Below are positions 9,168 through 18,342 of a DNA stretch of 64,000 nucleotides, piece after piece; the first letter of the stretch is position 1; each line of letters begins with the position of its first letter. The position numbers were made by a program, and so were the translations under genes. The stretch covers positions 377,954 to 441,953 of the forward strand of contig JAGWJP010000001.1 of the NCBI GenBank assembly GCA_028865725.1, written 5' to 3'. This DNA is from Patescibacteria group bacterium. Lineage in GTDB: Bacteria > Patescibacteriota > Minisyncoccia > UBA6257 > JACRHW01. The notes under the pieces were generated by a model. The model was not told where the DNA came from, did no database searches, and saw only the letters and a program-made list of their open reading frames with translations.

Positions 9168-10472
9168 CTATATGGTGTCTTCGCTGCGTATAATATTGGC
9201 ACCAATATTTTTAAGTCGTTCATCAATATGCTCATATCCACGATCAAGCTCTTCGATATTATGAAGTTCTGATGCCCCTTCTGCGACAAGCGCAGCAATC
9301 ACATGTGCCATCCCTGCCCGCAAGTCTTTTATGGTGAGGCACGATGCATGAAGCGGCGTAGGCCCGTTTACAAGAATACTGTGCCCGTGATTCATGCCGC
9401 TAAATCGACAAGGAATTTCTCCTAAGCATTTTGAAAAAACTCTAATATCTGCTCCCATGGTGTTGAGGTCGATAATATGCCCGAATCGATCTTCATAGAC
9501 TGTTTCGTGAAGAATAGACGTGCCGTGAGCTTGAGTAAGCGCTACGGTGAAGGGCTGTTGCCAATCAGTCATGAATCCTGGATGGGTATCAGTTTCTATT
9601 TCAATACTGCGCAACGTGCCAGCACGCCAAAAAGTAATGCCCATAGGTTCTATTTTATACTCTCCCCCTACTTTTCTGTAGGCATTCAAAAATGTAATGA
9701 GATCGTCTTGTCGTGCTCCACGCACAAAAATGGTTCCATTGTTTGCGAGTGCTAAGGAGGCAAAGGAGACTGCTTCATTGCGATCAGGAAGAATCGTATA
9801 TTCTCCTCCATGAAGCGCGCTAACCCCATCAATGTAGATCCTTCTGTTTGTTCCAAGCTCTATTATAGCTCCTATGTTTTGCAGGAATTTGATCAAGTCA
9901 ATAATTTCTGGCTCCACTGCTGCGTTTTCAATCACCGTTCTTCCTTTAGCAAGAATGGCGGCGAGAAGCGCGTTTTCTGTCGCGCCTACGCTAGGATAAC
10001 GCAGTACGATTTTTACACCCTTGAGTCCTTGTGGCGCTGTTGCGTAGTAGGACGATTCCCGTTTTTCAATGAGTGCTCCCATTGCGCGTAATGCCTCAAG
10101 GTGCATGTCGACTGGGCGTGGTCCAATCTTGTCTCCTCCAAGGAGCGGGATTTCTGCCGTTCCTTGTCGCGCAAGAAGGGGTCCAAGAGCGAGAATAGGT
10201 ATTCTATTTTTACGGCTCAACGACAGTACGCACGTATTGATAATTTCCGGCGTATGGATAAAAATATTTGTTTCTTCCCGTTGTATCGAACTTCCCACAG
10301 ATTCACAAAGCTCTCCCGTGATCGCAACATCAAGAATATCGGGGATATTATGAAGTGTGATTGGCTTTGCGGAAAGAAGAGACGCCACAAGCATTTTTGT
10401 TGCGGCATTTTTTGCTCCTGCAAGCGTAATTTCTCCCTTGAGCGGGTTTCCGCCTTTGATAATGAATTTCAT
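9168..10472 (-). CDS. murA: UDP-N-acetylglucosamine 1-carboxyvinyltransferase
   Basis: MKFIIKGGNPLKGEITLAGAKNAATKMLVASLL..., full-length EPSP-synthase fold. Confidence 0.9.
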   Translation of the reverse strand: MKFIIKGGNPLKGEITLAGAKNAATKMLVASLLSAKPITLHNIPDILDVAITGELCESVGSSIQREETNIFIHTPEIINTCVLSLSRKNRIPILALGPLLARQGTAEIPLLGGDKIGPRPVDMHLEALRAMGALIEKRESSYYATAPQGLKGVKIVLRYPSVGATENALLAAILAKGRTVIENAAVEPEIIDLIKFLQNIGAIIELGTNRRIYIDGVSALHGGEYTILPDRNEAVSFASLALANNGTIFVRGARQDDLITFLNAYRKVGGEYKIEPMGITFWRAGTLRSIEIETDTHPGFMTDWQQPFTVALTQAHGTSILHETVYEDRFGHIIDLNTMGADIRVFSKCLGEIPCRFSGMNHGHSILVNGPTPLHASCLTIKDLRAGMAHVIAALVAEGASELHNIEELDRGYEHIDERLKNIGANIIRSEDTI

Positions 10473-10543
10473 GTCTTTAGTGTACTCCCTGGTACCTAAA
10501 ATAAAAACCCCTGCAAAAGGAGTTTCTATACAACATTACCGGT

Positions 10544-10936
10544 TTATAATAGATACTTCAAGGCCTCCGATAATTTTTGTTGTTGTTCCTCTATTTTCCT
10601 TACTCTTGATTCTAGTTTGGTTTGCGATGCTTGTATGCGCTCTTTTGCTTTTTGAGAAGTAAGAACATGATATGAAATCTCATCTGACTCAAAATCTTCT
10701 ATCGCGTGTGCCTCCCTCAAAATAATTTGGCCGCTTGGTAAGATGACAAGACGGTCATGCTGGTAATTTCCTTTTGTTGCAAGCGTAGCGGATGGGAGTT
10801 GCTTTTCTAGCTCTTCAAATACACGGTCTTCCTCAGCTGTAAATGATGTCTGAGAATTTTCCTTGGTGCTTTGAAGAATAGAAGAAATCAAAACCTCAAG
10901 TTGCCCCCCCTTTTTTTCTGTCGAAAAATTTTCCAT
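10544..10936 (-). CDS. hypothetical protein (coiled-coil C-terminus)
   Basis: 130 aa ORF with a coiled-coil-like tail; no recognisable domain. Confidence 0.35.
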   Translation of the reverse strand: MENFSTEKKGGQLEVLISSILQSTKENSQTSFTAEEDRVFEELEKQLPSATLATKGNYQHDRLVILPSGQIILREAHAIEDFESDEISYHVLTSQKAKERIQASQTKLESRVRKIEEQQQKLSEALKYLL

Positions 10937-11009
10937 ATCGTTTTATTTTATTTTTCTCAATTACCAGTATATTATAATTTCATTATTTTTTTTGTGCAAT
11001 AGGGAATTT

Positions 11010-11036
11010 AAAAACCCTGCGCAAGGAAGGGTTTTT
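11010..11036 (-). terminator. rho-independent terminator (bidirectional) downstream of rpsI
   Basis: AAAAACCC-tgcgcaaggaa-GGGTTTTT, a perfect 8-bp stem flanked by A/T runs. Confidence 0.55.
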
Positions 11037-11076
11037 AAATTTCTAAACGCTAATACATTCACAGCTAAAAGTTCAA

Positions 11077-11529
11077 TTAGCGTTTACCCCATTGCGGAGC
11101 GCGCCGTGCCTTTTTTAGACCATATTTTTTGCGCTCTACCATGCGAGGATCACGCGTAAGATATCCTGCGCGCTTCAATCTACGCTTGAATTCGGGATTA
11201 AACGCAAGGAGCGCTCTACTGATTCCATGGCGTACCGCTTCTGCTTGCGCAGAAACGCCGCCCCCTACAAGTTTTACTTCTCCTCCAAACGATTCAGTTT
11301 TCATTTTTTTGAAAGGCGCTTCTATCGTGAGTTGGGCGCGTTTTGTAGGAAAATAGTCGTGATAATCTTTTCCATTTACTGTAATGGTTTTGTGCTTCGG
11401 ATACAAGCGTACCTGAGCTATCGCAGTTTTTCTGCGCCCAACTCCATAAAAATAACGGTTCTGATCTTCCGATCCAGAAACTATTTCTTTATTTTTTTTT
11501 GCAACTGGCTTTTTAGTGATAGTAGGCAT
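11077..11529 (-). CDS. rpsI: 30S ribosomal protein S9
   Basis: C-terminus ...KKYGLKKARRAPQWGKR; N-terminal extension. Confidence 0.9.
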   Translation of the reverse strand: MPTITKKPVAKKNKEIVSGSEDQNRYFYGVGRRKTAIAQVRLYPKHKTITVNGKDYHDYFPTKRAQLTIEAPFKKMKTESFGGEVKLVGGGVSAQAEAVRHGISRALLAFNPEFKRRLKRAGYLTRDPRMVERKKYGLKKARRAPQWGKR

Positions 11530-11538
11530 AGAACTTAC

Positions 11539-11892
11539 TTATACGAATAGCAATCGTTTAATACGGCGCGCACGTAGCTTATTTTTGGGTAGCATCCGAT
11601 AAACCGCAATTTTTAAGATTTGTTTTGGATCTTTCTCAAATATATTTTCTGCAGAACGTTCTTTGAGGTGACCGGGATAACGCGTGTGTTTATAATATAT
11701 TTTTTGTTCCATCTTTTTTCCTGAAAACTTGATTTTGTCCACGTTTGCTACACGCACTACTGTAGTTCCTGCAAGGCGAGGTTCGTAGGCAGGTTTGTGC
11801 TTATCTTGAAGTAGAGATGCAATGTGAGATGCGACACGGCCTACCATTTTGTCTCGTACGTCTATTTCTATTGTTCCTGAAGAATGTGCCAT
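11539..11892 (-). CDS. rplM: 50S ribosomal protein L13
   Basis: L13-like sequence, directly upstream of rpsI. Confidence 0.88.
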   Translation of the reverse strand: MAHSSGTIEIDVRDKMVGRVASHIASLLQDKHKPAYEPRLAGTTVVRVANVDKIKFSGKKMEQKIYYKHTRYPGHLKERSAENIFEKDPKQILKIAVYRMLPKNKLRARRIKRLLFV

Positions 11893-11900
11893 AATTTAAT

Positions 11901-12260
11901 TTAAACGAATTCGATAATTGCCATCTTTGCTCCGTCTGCAAGCCGATCTTTTCCATGAATAATACGTGTATATCCACCTCTCCGTTCTTGATAGCGAGGT
12001 GCAATTTCGTGAAATAATTTTTTCGAAGAAATCTTAGGCAGCCGACGGAGCAAAAGACGTAATGAAGCGGTGTCTTGTTTTTTTGCTACCGTTACTAGCT
12101 TTTCTATTTTGGTTTTAATTTCTTTTGCGCGGGCCAACGTTGTTTCCATTTTTCCGTGCATAACTAAATTGTGTTCCAAGCCCTTAATAAACGCCCTGCG
12201 TTCTGATATCTTTCTATGAAATTTTCTTCCTTTATTGACGTGTCTCATAACTACAAACAA
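11901..12260 (-). CDS. rplQ: 50S ribosomal protein L17
   Basis: MRHVNKGRKFHRKISERRAF... Confidence 0.9.
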   Translation of the reverse strand: MFVVMRHVNKGRKFHRKISERRAFIKGLEHNLVMHGKMETTLARAKEIKTKIEKLVTVAKKQDTASLRLLLRRLPKISSKKLFHEIAPRYQERRGGYTRIIHGKDRLADGAKMAIIEFV

Positions 12261-12271
12261 AATACATGCGT

Positions 12272-13057
12272 TTATTTTTTTGCTTTTTTCTCTTTTTTTG
12301 TCTTTATTTCACTATCTTCTCCATTCTCTTCAGGCTCTTTTGATTCCTCACTCATCATACCAAGTGCTTCATTTTCTGTTTCATGGACGAGTGCCCCAAA
12401 CTGACTAATGAGAATGTTCACCGCATCTTCAAACGCTTGTTCAGGGGTAATACTTCCGTCCGTTTCGAGAGCAAGAAGAAGACGATTAAAATCAGTCCGT
12501 TCTCCTACACGCATGTTTTCTACACTATCCCGCACCTTTTGTACAGGAGTAAAGATAGCATCGATAGCAACCATACCAATAGGCAGCTTTTCTTTTTGCA
12601 TTGTTTCAGAAGTCTGATATCCTCGACCGCGTTCTACTACTATTTCCATAGTAATCGTGGTTTTTTTATCAGTTACAGTCATGAGAACTAAATCTGAATT
12701 AATAATCTCTACATTTGGATTTTTTTCAATATCATTACCGGTAATTTCTTTTTCTCCTTTTGTATGTATATAAAGCGTTTCCGGGCCGTCACTTAAAAGC
12801 TTTATGCGCAATTTCTTGAGATTAAGCATAATTTGAATAACGTCCTCGAGCACCCCCGGAATGGTTGAAAATTCATGATCGACTCCTTCTATTTTGAAAG
12901 AAGTTACTGCCGCGCCGCGAAGCGAGGACAAAAGAACCCTGCGCAAAGCGTTGCCAAGCGTAATACCGTATCCGGGGTATAACCCCTCAATGTTAAATAC
13001 GCCGGCGTTATCTCCTGTAGACGTAAAGACTGGTTTGTGAGGAAGAGGAATTTGCAT
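12272..13057 (-). CDS. rpoA: DNA-directed RNA polymerase subunit alpha, N-terminal domain only (no alpha-CTD)
   Basis: GYGITLGNALRRVLLSSLRGAAVTSFKIEGVDHEFS...; 261 aa ending in a Glu/Lys-rich tail instead of the helix-hairpin-helix CTD. Confidence 0.85.
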   Translation of the reverse strand: MQIPLPHKPVFTSTGDNAGVFNIEGLYPGYGITLGNALRRVLLSSLRGAAVTSFKIEGVDHEFSTIPGVLEDVIQIMLNLKKLRIKLLSDGPETLYIHTKGEKEITGNDIEKNPNVEIINSDLVLMTVTDKKTTITMEIVVERGRGYQTSETMQKEKLPIGMVAIDAIFTPVQKVRDSVENMRVGERTDFNRLLLALETDGSITPEQAFEDAVNILISQFGALVHETENEALGMMSEESKEPEENGEDSEIKTKKEKKAKK

Positions 13058-13077
13058 AATAAATAATTATGTTAATT

Positions 13078-13701
13078 TTAGCGCGAATAAAATTCAACGA
13101 TTGCATTAAGATTAAAGGGCAGGTTGATTTCTTCTGGTTTAGGAAGCCCTGTTATGGTTGCGCGTATTGCTTCTCGATCAAGGGAAAGCCATCCCGATAA
13201 TTCATGATTTTTAATACGGGCAGGGATATCCTTGAGTTCTCCTTTAGTTTTAGAACTTTCACGAATGGATATCACATCCCCCTTTTTTACGCTGAAAGAA
13301 GGAATCGTGACGCGCCTCTCGTTTATTAAAAAATGACCATGACGCACAAGAGCTCGCGCGACTCCGCGTGAAGGGGTAAAACCAAGGCGGAATACCACAT
13401 TATCAAGACGCTGCTCTAACATCTGCAAAAGATGATCAATTGTGACACCTTTTTTGGAGAGCGCTTTTTTGAAATACCGTTCAAACTGTTCCTCACGCAA
13501 TCCATAACTCCATTTTAGTTTCTGCTTTTCGAGAAGTTGTTTTCCATACTCTGTTTTATTGTGCCTTTTTTTGCTTTGTCCGTGCACGCCGGGACGGTAA
13601 GGTCGACGCACTGCGCCACATTTCGCAGAAAGACAGCGCTCCCCCTTTAAGAAGAGTTTTTCGCCTACCGCTCGGCATTTTTTACATTTTGGACCAATCA
13701 T
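13078..13701 (-). CDS. rpsD: 30S ribosomal protein S4 (N-terminal Cys4 zinc ribbon)
   Basis: CKKCRAVGEKLFLKGERCLSAKC and VVFRLGFTPSRGVARALVRHGHFLINERRV. Confidence 0.9.
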   Translation of the reverse strand: MIGPKCKKCRAVGEKLFLKGERCLSAKCGAVRRPYRPGVHGQSKKRHNKTEYGKQLLEKQKLKWSYGLREEQFERYFKKALSKKGVTIDHLLQMLEQRLDNVVFRLGFTPSRGVARALVRHGHFLINERRVTIPSFSVKKGDVISIRESSKTKGELKDIPARIKNHELSGWLSLDREAIRATITGLPKPEEINLPFNLNAIVEFYSR

Positions 13702-13737
13702 ACGTTACAAGATTATTTTTGTGAAAATAAATTAGGA

Positions 13738-14190
13738 TTATACCCGTCTTACTTTTTTGGGGCGAGGACCGTTATGGGGAACAGGGGTCATATCAACAAT
13801 AGAATCTATTTCAAATCCTTTGCCCGCAAATGCGCGAATAGCTGCGTCACGCCCCCCCCCGATTCCTTTAACTATAATATCTAGTTTGGTGGGGCCTGAT
13901 TTTGCAGTTTTTTCTGCGACTGCCTCTACTGTCTTTGATGCAGCAAAAGGCGTTGCCTTTTTGGGACCCTTGAACCCCAATGCTCCCGCCGAATTCCACG
14001 CCAACACGTTTCCTTGCATATCGGTAAGGGTGATCACTGTATTGTTGTAGCTTGCTTTAATATACACTTTCCCTTTTTCAAGCAATTTGCGAGAGGATTT
14101 TGCACCACTCTCTTTTACTTTTTCTTCAAGCGCCTTGCTTTCGCTGAGAACTTGATCTTGTGTTTCTTGTATAACCCTTTTTTTTCCCAT
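13738..14190 (-). CDS. rpsK: 30S ribosomal protein S11
   Basis: KASYNNTVITLTDMQGNVLAWNSAGALGFKGPKKATPFAA. Confidence 0.9.
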   Translation of the reverse strand: MGKKRVIQETQDQVLSESKALEEKVKESGAKSSRKLLEKGKVYIKASYNNTVITLTDMQGNVLAWNSAGALGFKGPKKATPFAASKTVEAVAEKTAKSGPTKLDIIVKGIGGGRDAAIRAFAGKGFEIDSIVDMTPVPHNGPRPKKVRRV

Positions 14191-14210
14191 AGTTAAAGGA
14201 TCCCTTTCAA

Positions 14211-14600
14211 TTATTTCAACCCAACTTTTCTACGTCCGCTTCCGACTGTTTTTCTCACATTTCCACGCACTGTGCGTGAATTTGTTTTTGTTTTCTGGCC
14301 GCGCACAGGAAGATGCTTCATATGGCGCATGCCTCGATAGGCCCCGATGTCTTTAAGCCGTTTTATGTTTGCCCTTACTTCTCTGCGAAGGTCATTTTCA
14401 GTTTTATATTTTTCCGTAATCACATCCTGGAGTAATTTAATGTCTTTTGCATCGAGATCTTTCACTTTTGTACGCGGGTCGATTTTTGCGTATTTTAAAA
14501 TTTCTTTTGAACGAGAAAAACCTACCCCATAGAGATACGTTAATGCTATTTCAACATTTTTTTGTTCCGGAAGATTAATTCCGCTAATACGCGCTGCCAT
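14211..14600 (-). CDS. rpsM: 30S ribosomal protein S13
   Basis: MAARISGINLPEQKNVEIALTYLYGVG. Confidence 0.9.
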   Translation of the reverse strand: MAARISGINLPEQKNVEIALTYLYGVGFSRSKEILKYAKIDPRTKVKDLDAKDIKLLQDVITEKYKTENDLRREVRANIKRLKDIGAYRGMRHMKHLPVRGQKTKTNSRTVRGNVRKTVGSGRRKVGLK

Positions 14601-14602
14601 AA

Positions 14603-14716
14603 TTATCCTTGTCGTTGTTTATGTTTTGGAATAACGCATATAACACGAAGACGCCCTTTTCTTCGTACGAGCTTACATTTCTGACACACTTTTTTTACTG
14701 ATGCGCGTACGTGCAT
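14603..14716 (-). CDS. rpmJ: 50S ribosomal protein L36
   Basis: Hand-translated 37-aa [40 protein letters not shown], between infA and rpsM; below the ORF-track length cutoff. Confidence 0.8.
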   Translation of the reverse strand: MHVRASVKKVCQKCKLVRRKGRLRVICVIPKHKQRQG

Positions 14717-14744
14717 TGCCGTGATTCGTTATTACCTTAATTTG

Positions 14745-14951
14745 TTACTTTCTTTTAATAATTCTCCCTTTAGTTTCATCATAAGGGCCAAGCTCTATAG
14801 TGACTTGGTCTCCTGGAATCACTTTAATATAATAAATCCTCATTTTTCCAGAAAGATGCGCTAGTACAAGAGAGTTATTGTCCAAACGCACACGAAAAGT
14901 GCCGCCCGGGAGCGCTTCCTCGATCACCCCATCCACTGTCTTTTTTTGCAT
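14745..14951 (-). CDS. infA: translation initiation factor IF-1
   Basis: S1-like [31 protein letters not shown]. Confidence 0.9.
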   Translation of the reverse strand: MQKKTVDGVIEEALPGGTFRVRLDNNSLVLAHLSGKMRIYYIKVIPGDQVTIELGPYDETKGRIIKRK

Positions 14952-15048
14952 AGGTTAATCGCGCGAGATGCAGGGTCGGGACTATCTAAAAAAGAAAAGC
15001 CTAACCAGCTTCCCACGCCACCTAGATATAGTAATCAAATACACGAAA

Positions 15049-16485
15049 TTAGTCAATAGCTACGGATACTTTGGCGCTATTTTTAGGTACCGAGGTAACC
15101 CAGAAGGGCCATAATGATATTTTTAGGGATTCAATTGCTGTATCGGTGCTCAGCAATTGTTTGATTTCATCGGTGTTTTTTCCAAGGATTGCGTGTGTGA
15201 GTGCTTTCGTATCGATAGGGGTACGCAACATGTCTTTTGCCTCATAGGAAAATGCGGCGAGCGTACGCGCATCATTAATGCGTAAGGTACCGTATGAGAG
15301 GGTCATATCCACTGATTCCAGAGAGCTTGCCTCTTGCAACAACAGATTTTGCGCAAGTGTTTTCACGTCGTCTTCTTTGAATCCAAGGGCGCGGAGTTCC
15401 ACAGTCCCCGTAAACTTAAACGATGAAACAGCATCCCCCAGTGCGTGGTCTGCCGACGAGTCGGTAAGTGTGTAGTCAGTCGCGCCATTTAAAAATATAT
15501 ATCCTTTTGATTTTTCAGTAAGCTCTGTGTTGAGAACTGTTTGTACTGAATTGATGATATCTGTTTTTGCATGTTGAATATCGTTGGCATTTACCGCTTG
15601 TATATTGCCCTCAGACCCCCCGCTCATCGTTTGCGTAGATTTACCATAGAAACCTTCATATCGCGCAGACCCTTTAAAGCCCGGGATAGTAAACGTAGTT
15701 GGCGCGATATTGAAAGAGGCTCCAGGCTGATCTGCCGTTACGTGTGCATCTATGAAATTGGGTACCAGTTTTCCTCCTACCAGCTTTGCTCCCGGGACAG
15801 TAATACCGGTATCAAGTCGGAACAATTTTCCATCGAGGGATAAAAAGCGCGTGGTTGCGATAAGACGTTGCGGACTCGTCGAATAGTTATTATAAATAGT
15901 AATACTGCCCCTTGCTTTTTGTGTTGATGTCTCTTTTGTCGTGGTATATTCTTTGGTGAGTGTGCGAGTGAGAGTAAACACTTTTGCCGGAATCGTTTGG
16001 TTTTGTGTATCTATTTCATGCACAGCGGTGGAGGCTGTTGCTGCGGATGTAAGCGATTTTATGGTTTGTTGAGCGTGAACAGTAATAGTTGCGCGAGGAA
16101 GAAGCACAGTAGCTACATACCATACCACGAGTAGGCACCCCAAACCTATCGCGATATTGATATATAAAACAGTACGCTTTCGTGGGGAAAAAGGATTAGG
16201 ATTGTCTTCGGGTTTTGCGTGCGTGTCAGGTACCTCCTCCTCATTATTGCGTTCTTTTTTCTTTTTAAATAGTTCCCAATGAGAGAGTGAATTCGAATTC
16301 TTCAAATCTTCCTTTGAATAGAGCGTTTCTATAGGATCCCTACCTTCTCGTTGGGGAGAGGTGGAATCGTGTCGCGGTTTTATATCAACTACAAGTGGGT
16401 GGTGATCAGACATGTTGCTAAGCTTACTGGTATTATACCAGATTTGCATCAAAACACACAATCCACATATAACACAGATTGACAT
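15049..16485 (-). CDS. membrane-anchored hypothetical protein with large extracytoplasmic domain
   Basis: Charged N-terminal region, single TM (VLYINIAIGLGCLLVVWYVATVLL), about 330 aa Thr/Ser-rich ectodomain; true start probably an internal Met. Confidence 0.4.
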   Translation of the reverse strand: MSICVICGLCVLMQIWYNTSKLSNMSDHHPLVVDIKPRHDSTSPQREGRDPIETLYSKEDLKNSNSLSHWELFKKKKERNNEEEVPDTHAKPEDNPNPFSPRKRTVLYINIAIGLGCLLVVWYVATVLLPRATITVHAQQTIKSLTSAATASTAVHEIDTQNQTIPAKVFTLTRTLTKEYTTTKETSTQKARGSITIYNNYSTSPQRLIATTRFLSLDGKLFRLDTGITVPGAKLVGGKLVPNFIDAHVTADQPGASFNIAPTTFTIPGFKGSARYEGFYGKSTQTMSGGSEGNIQAVNANDIQHAKTDIINSVQTVLNTELTEKSKGYIFLNGATDYTLTDSSADHALGDAVSSFKFTGTVELRALGFKEDDVKTLAQNLLLQEASSLESVDMTLSYGTLRINDARTLAAFSYEAKDMLRTPIDTKALTHAILGKNTDEIKQLLSTDTAIESLKISLWPFWVTSVPKNSAKVSVAID

Positions 16486-16614
16486 CTTATGTATTCAGAT
16501 GTGATTTCCATTTTTATACAAAGTGTGTTGGCATTATCATTTTTCGTGAATATCATTTTTTCTTTTTATGTTTTTGAGGTATACTAGCAAGAGATAATTT
16601 TAACGTACTGAGTT

Positions 16615-17100
16615 ATGAAAAATTTTTATGTTATTGCGGCAGGGTTGATATTGTTTGGCATTTTGATTTTAATCTTTGCGTTTGTTCGACCCGCCGGCGA
16701 ACCCATTAAATCGTCCCCGCAATTCACCGAGACCTCATCATCTTCATCACATATATCTTCATCAACTTCTCGCGATGGACTTGGTATTCAGGACGTGGTG
16801 GTGGGAACAGGGACAGAGGCAAAAAATGGAGACAAGGTCGTAGTTCATTATCGAGGGACTCTTGAAAACGGGACCCAGTTTGATAGTTCTTATGACAGAA
16901 ACCAGCCTTTCTCTTTCACATTAGGCGCAGGTATGGTTATTCGGGGCTGGGATCTTGGTGTGTTGGGTATGAAGGTGGGGGGTGTGCGCAAACTTACTAT
17001 TCCCGCCTCGCTTGGATACGGTGATGCCGGCGTGCCGGGAGTAATCCCCCCCCGCGCAACGCTTCTGTTTGAAATCAAATTATTAAGTGTTCATCAGTAG
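16615..17100 (+). CDS. FKBP-type peptidyl-prolyl cis-trans isomerase (membrane-anchored)
   Basis: N-terminal TM; VVHYRGTLENGTQFDSSYDRNQPFSFTLGAGMVIRGWDLGVLGMKVGGVRKLTIP. Confidence 0.8.
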   Translation: MKNFYVIAAGLILFGILILIFAFVRPAGEPIKSSPQFTETSSSSSHISSSTSRDGLGIQDVVVGTGTEAKNGDKVVVHYRGTLENGTQFDSSYDRNQPFSFTLGAGMVIRGWDLGVLGMKVGGVRKLTIPASLGYGDAGVPGVIPPRATLLFEIKLLSVHQ

Positions 17101-17115
17101 AGGCACTTACTACAT

Positions 17116-18342
17116 ATGTCATTTTCTGTTCACAAAGGCAGGATAGGAGCCGTGCTCGCCTTACTCCTTGTGGGAGGTGGAGTTTTGATATATTTTGCAT
17201 ATACCTCATCACGGTTACCCGGTTCATCTGTCCCATCCTCTCCCTCTTCGGTGCAGCAACCTTGGATAGAAGTTGTTACTCCTCCTGTGTTTGATGTCGC
17301 GACTCATAAGGAATTGCAAACAGGTGATGAGCTTGCTGAAGGTAGCACTGTCGAAGCCGGGCCTGCGGGTCTTGCAAACATTTATTTTGCCAACGGCTCA
17401 CTTATGCGTGTTGATTCCAATACCCGATTTACATTACAGAATGTTTCTTATGATACAAAAACACGTACTTCAGTTACCAGAATACAACTTATTATCGGGA
17501 GGGTGTGGTCAAAGCTTATTGCGCTTGCAACACCCGAATCGGTGTGGGAGGTAAAAACAGTAAATGCGGTGGCGACTGTGCGTGGAACCGCATTTGGTGT
17601 AGAATACACGCCGGATAATGGTGGTACCACGCGGATTATTGGTGCCGAACATCAAATTAGTGTAGGTTTGGTGGATCCCGCGACGCAGAATGTCGTCGCG
17701 GATAATGCGGCAACAGTAACCTCAGGAACTTATGTTCAGATTACGACTCCCGACGTAGGCCGTGTGATCGCACACCAGGTTCCTGTTTCAGAAGTCGTTG
17801 TGGTGAAGAAAACCCCCGATACTATTTTGCAGCAACCATGGATTCAGCAATCCTTACAGGCAGATACAACCGTGGATAATCAATTGCAATCACTTCACAA
17901 CGACGTCAATGCGTACCAGGGACTCGTTGAACAACGGAAAATAGAGCTTCAAAATACAAATGGAACTCGGCCCACAACCAGTATTTCTGTTCCTCTCGCC
18001 AGCACCACGCTTACTATTGAAACGAACATGAATACCGATGACAGTCTTGCGGTCGGTGCTACCACTTTTTTCCATGCATACGTGCATCTTGAGAATGGCG
18101 CTACACAAGACGTGACTCCACATGCATCGTGGCAAGTTCATGGACCAATCGGAACGATTACTTCGGATGGAATATTTACTGCCGCACTTGATTCTCAGCG
18201 CGAGGCATATGGAAGCGGAACCGGATTCATATCGGCCTCATGGGAAGATGCTGCTCACCGTGTTTACAGTGCATCTTCACCAACGCTTGTGGTCGAAATT
18301 CCCGAACCCGCTCCTCCCGCTAACACTGTTGAGGGACAATGA
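17116..18342 (+). CDS. FecR-domain protein with C-terminal Ig-like (Big_2-like) domain
   Basis: N-terminal TM; FecR-like beta-rich region (TRFTLQNVSYD...RVWSKL...VATVRGTAFGVEY); C-terminal HASWQVHGPIGTITSDGIFTA. Confidence 0.5.
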   Translation: MSFSVHKGRIGAVLALLLVGGGVLIYFAYTSSRLPGSSVPSSPSSVQQPWIEVVTPPVFDVATHKELQTGDELAEGSTVEAGPAGLANIYFANGSLMRVDSNTRFTLQNVSYDTKTRTSVTRIQLIIGRVWSKLIALATPESVWEVKTVNAVATVRGTAFGVEYTPDNGGTTRIIGAEHQISVGLVDPATQNVVADNAATVTSGTYVQITTPDVGRVIAHQVPVSEVVVVKKTPDTILQQPWIQQSLQADTTVDNQLQSLHNDVNAYQGLVEQRKIELQNTNGTRPTTSISVPLASTTLTIETNMNTDDSLAVGATTFFHAYVHLENGATQDVTPHASWQVHGPIGTITSDGIFTAALDSQREAYGSGTGFISASWEDAAHRVYSASSPTLVVEIPEPAPPANTVEGQ

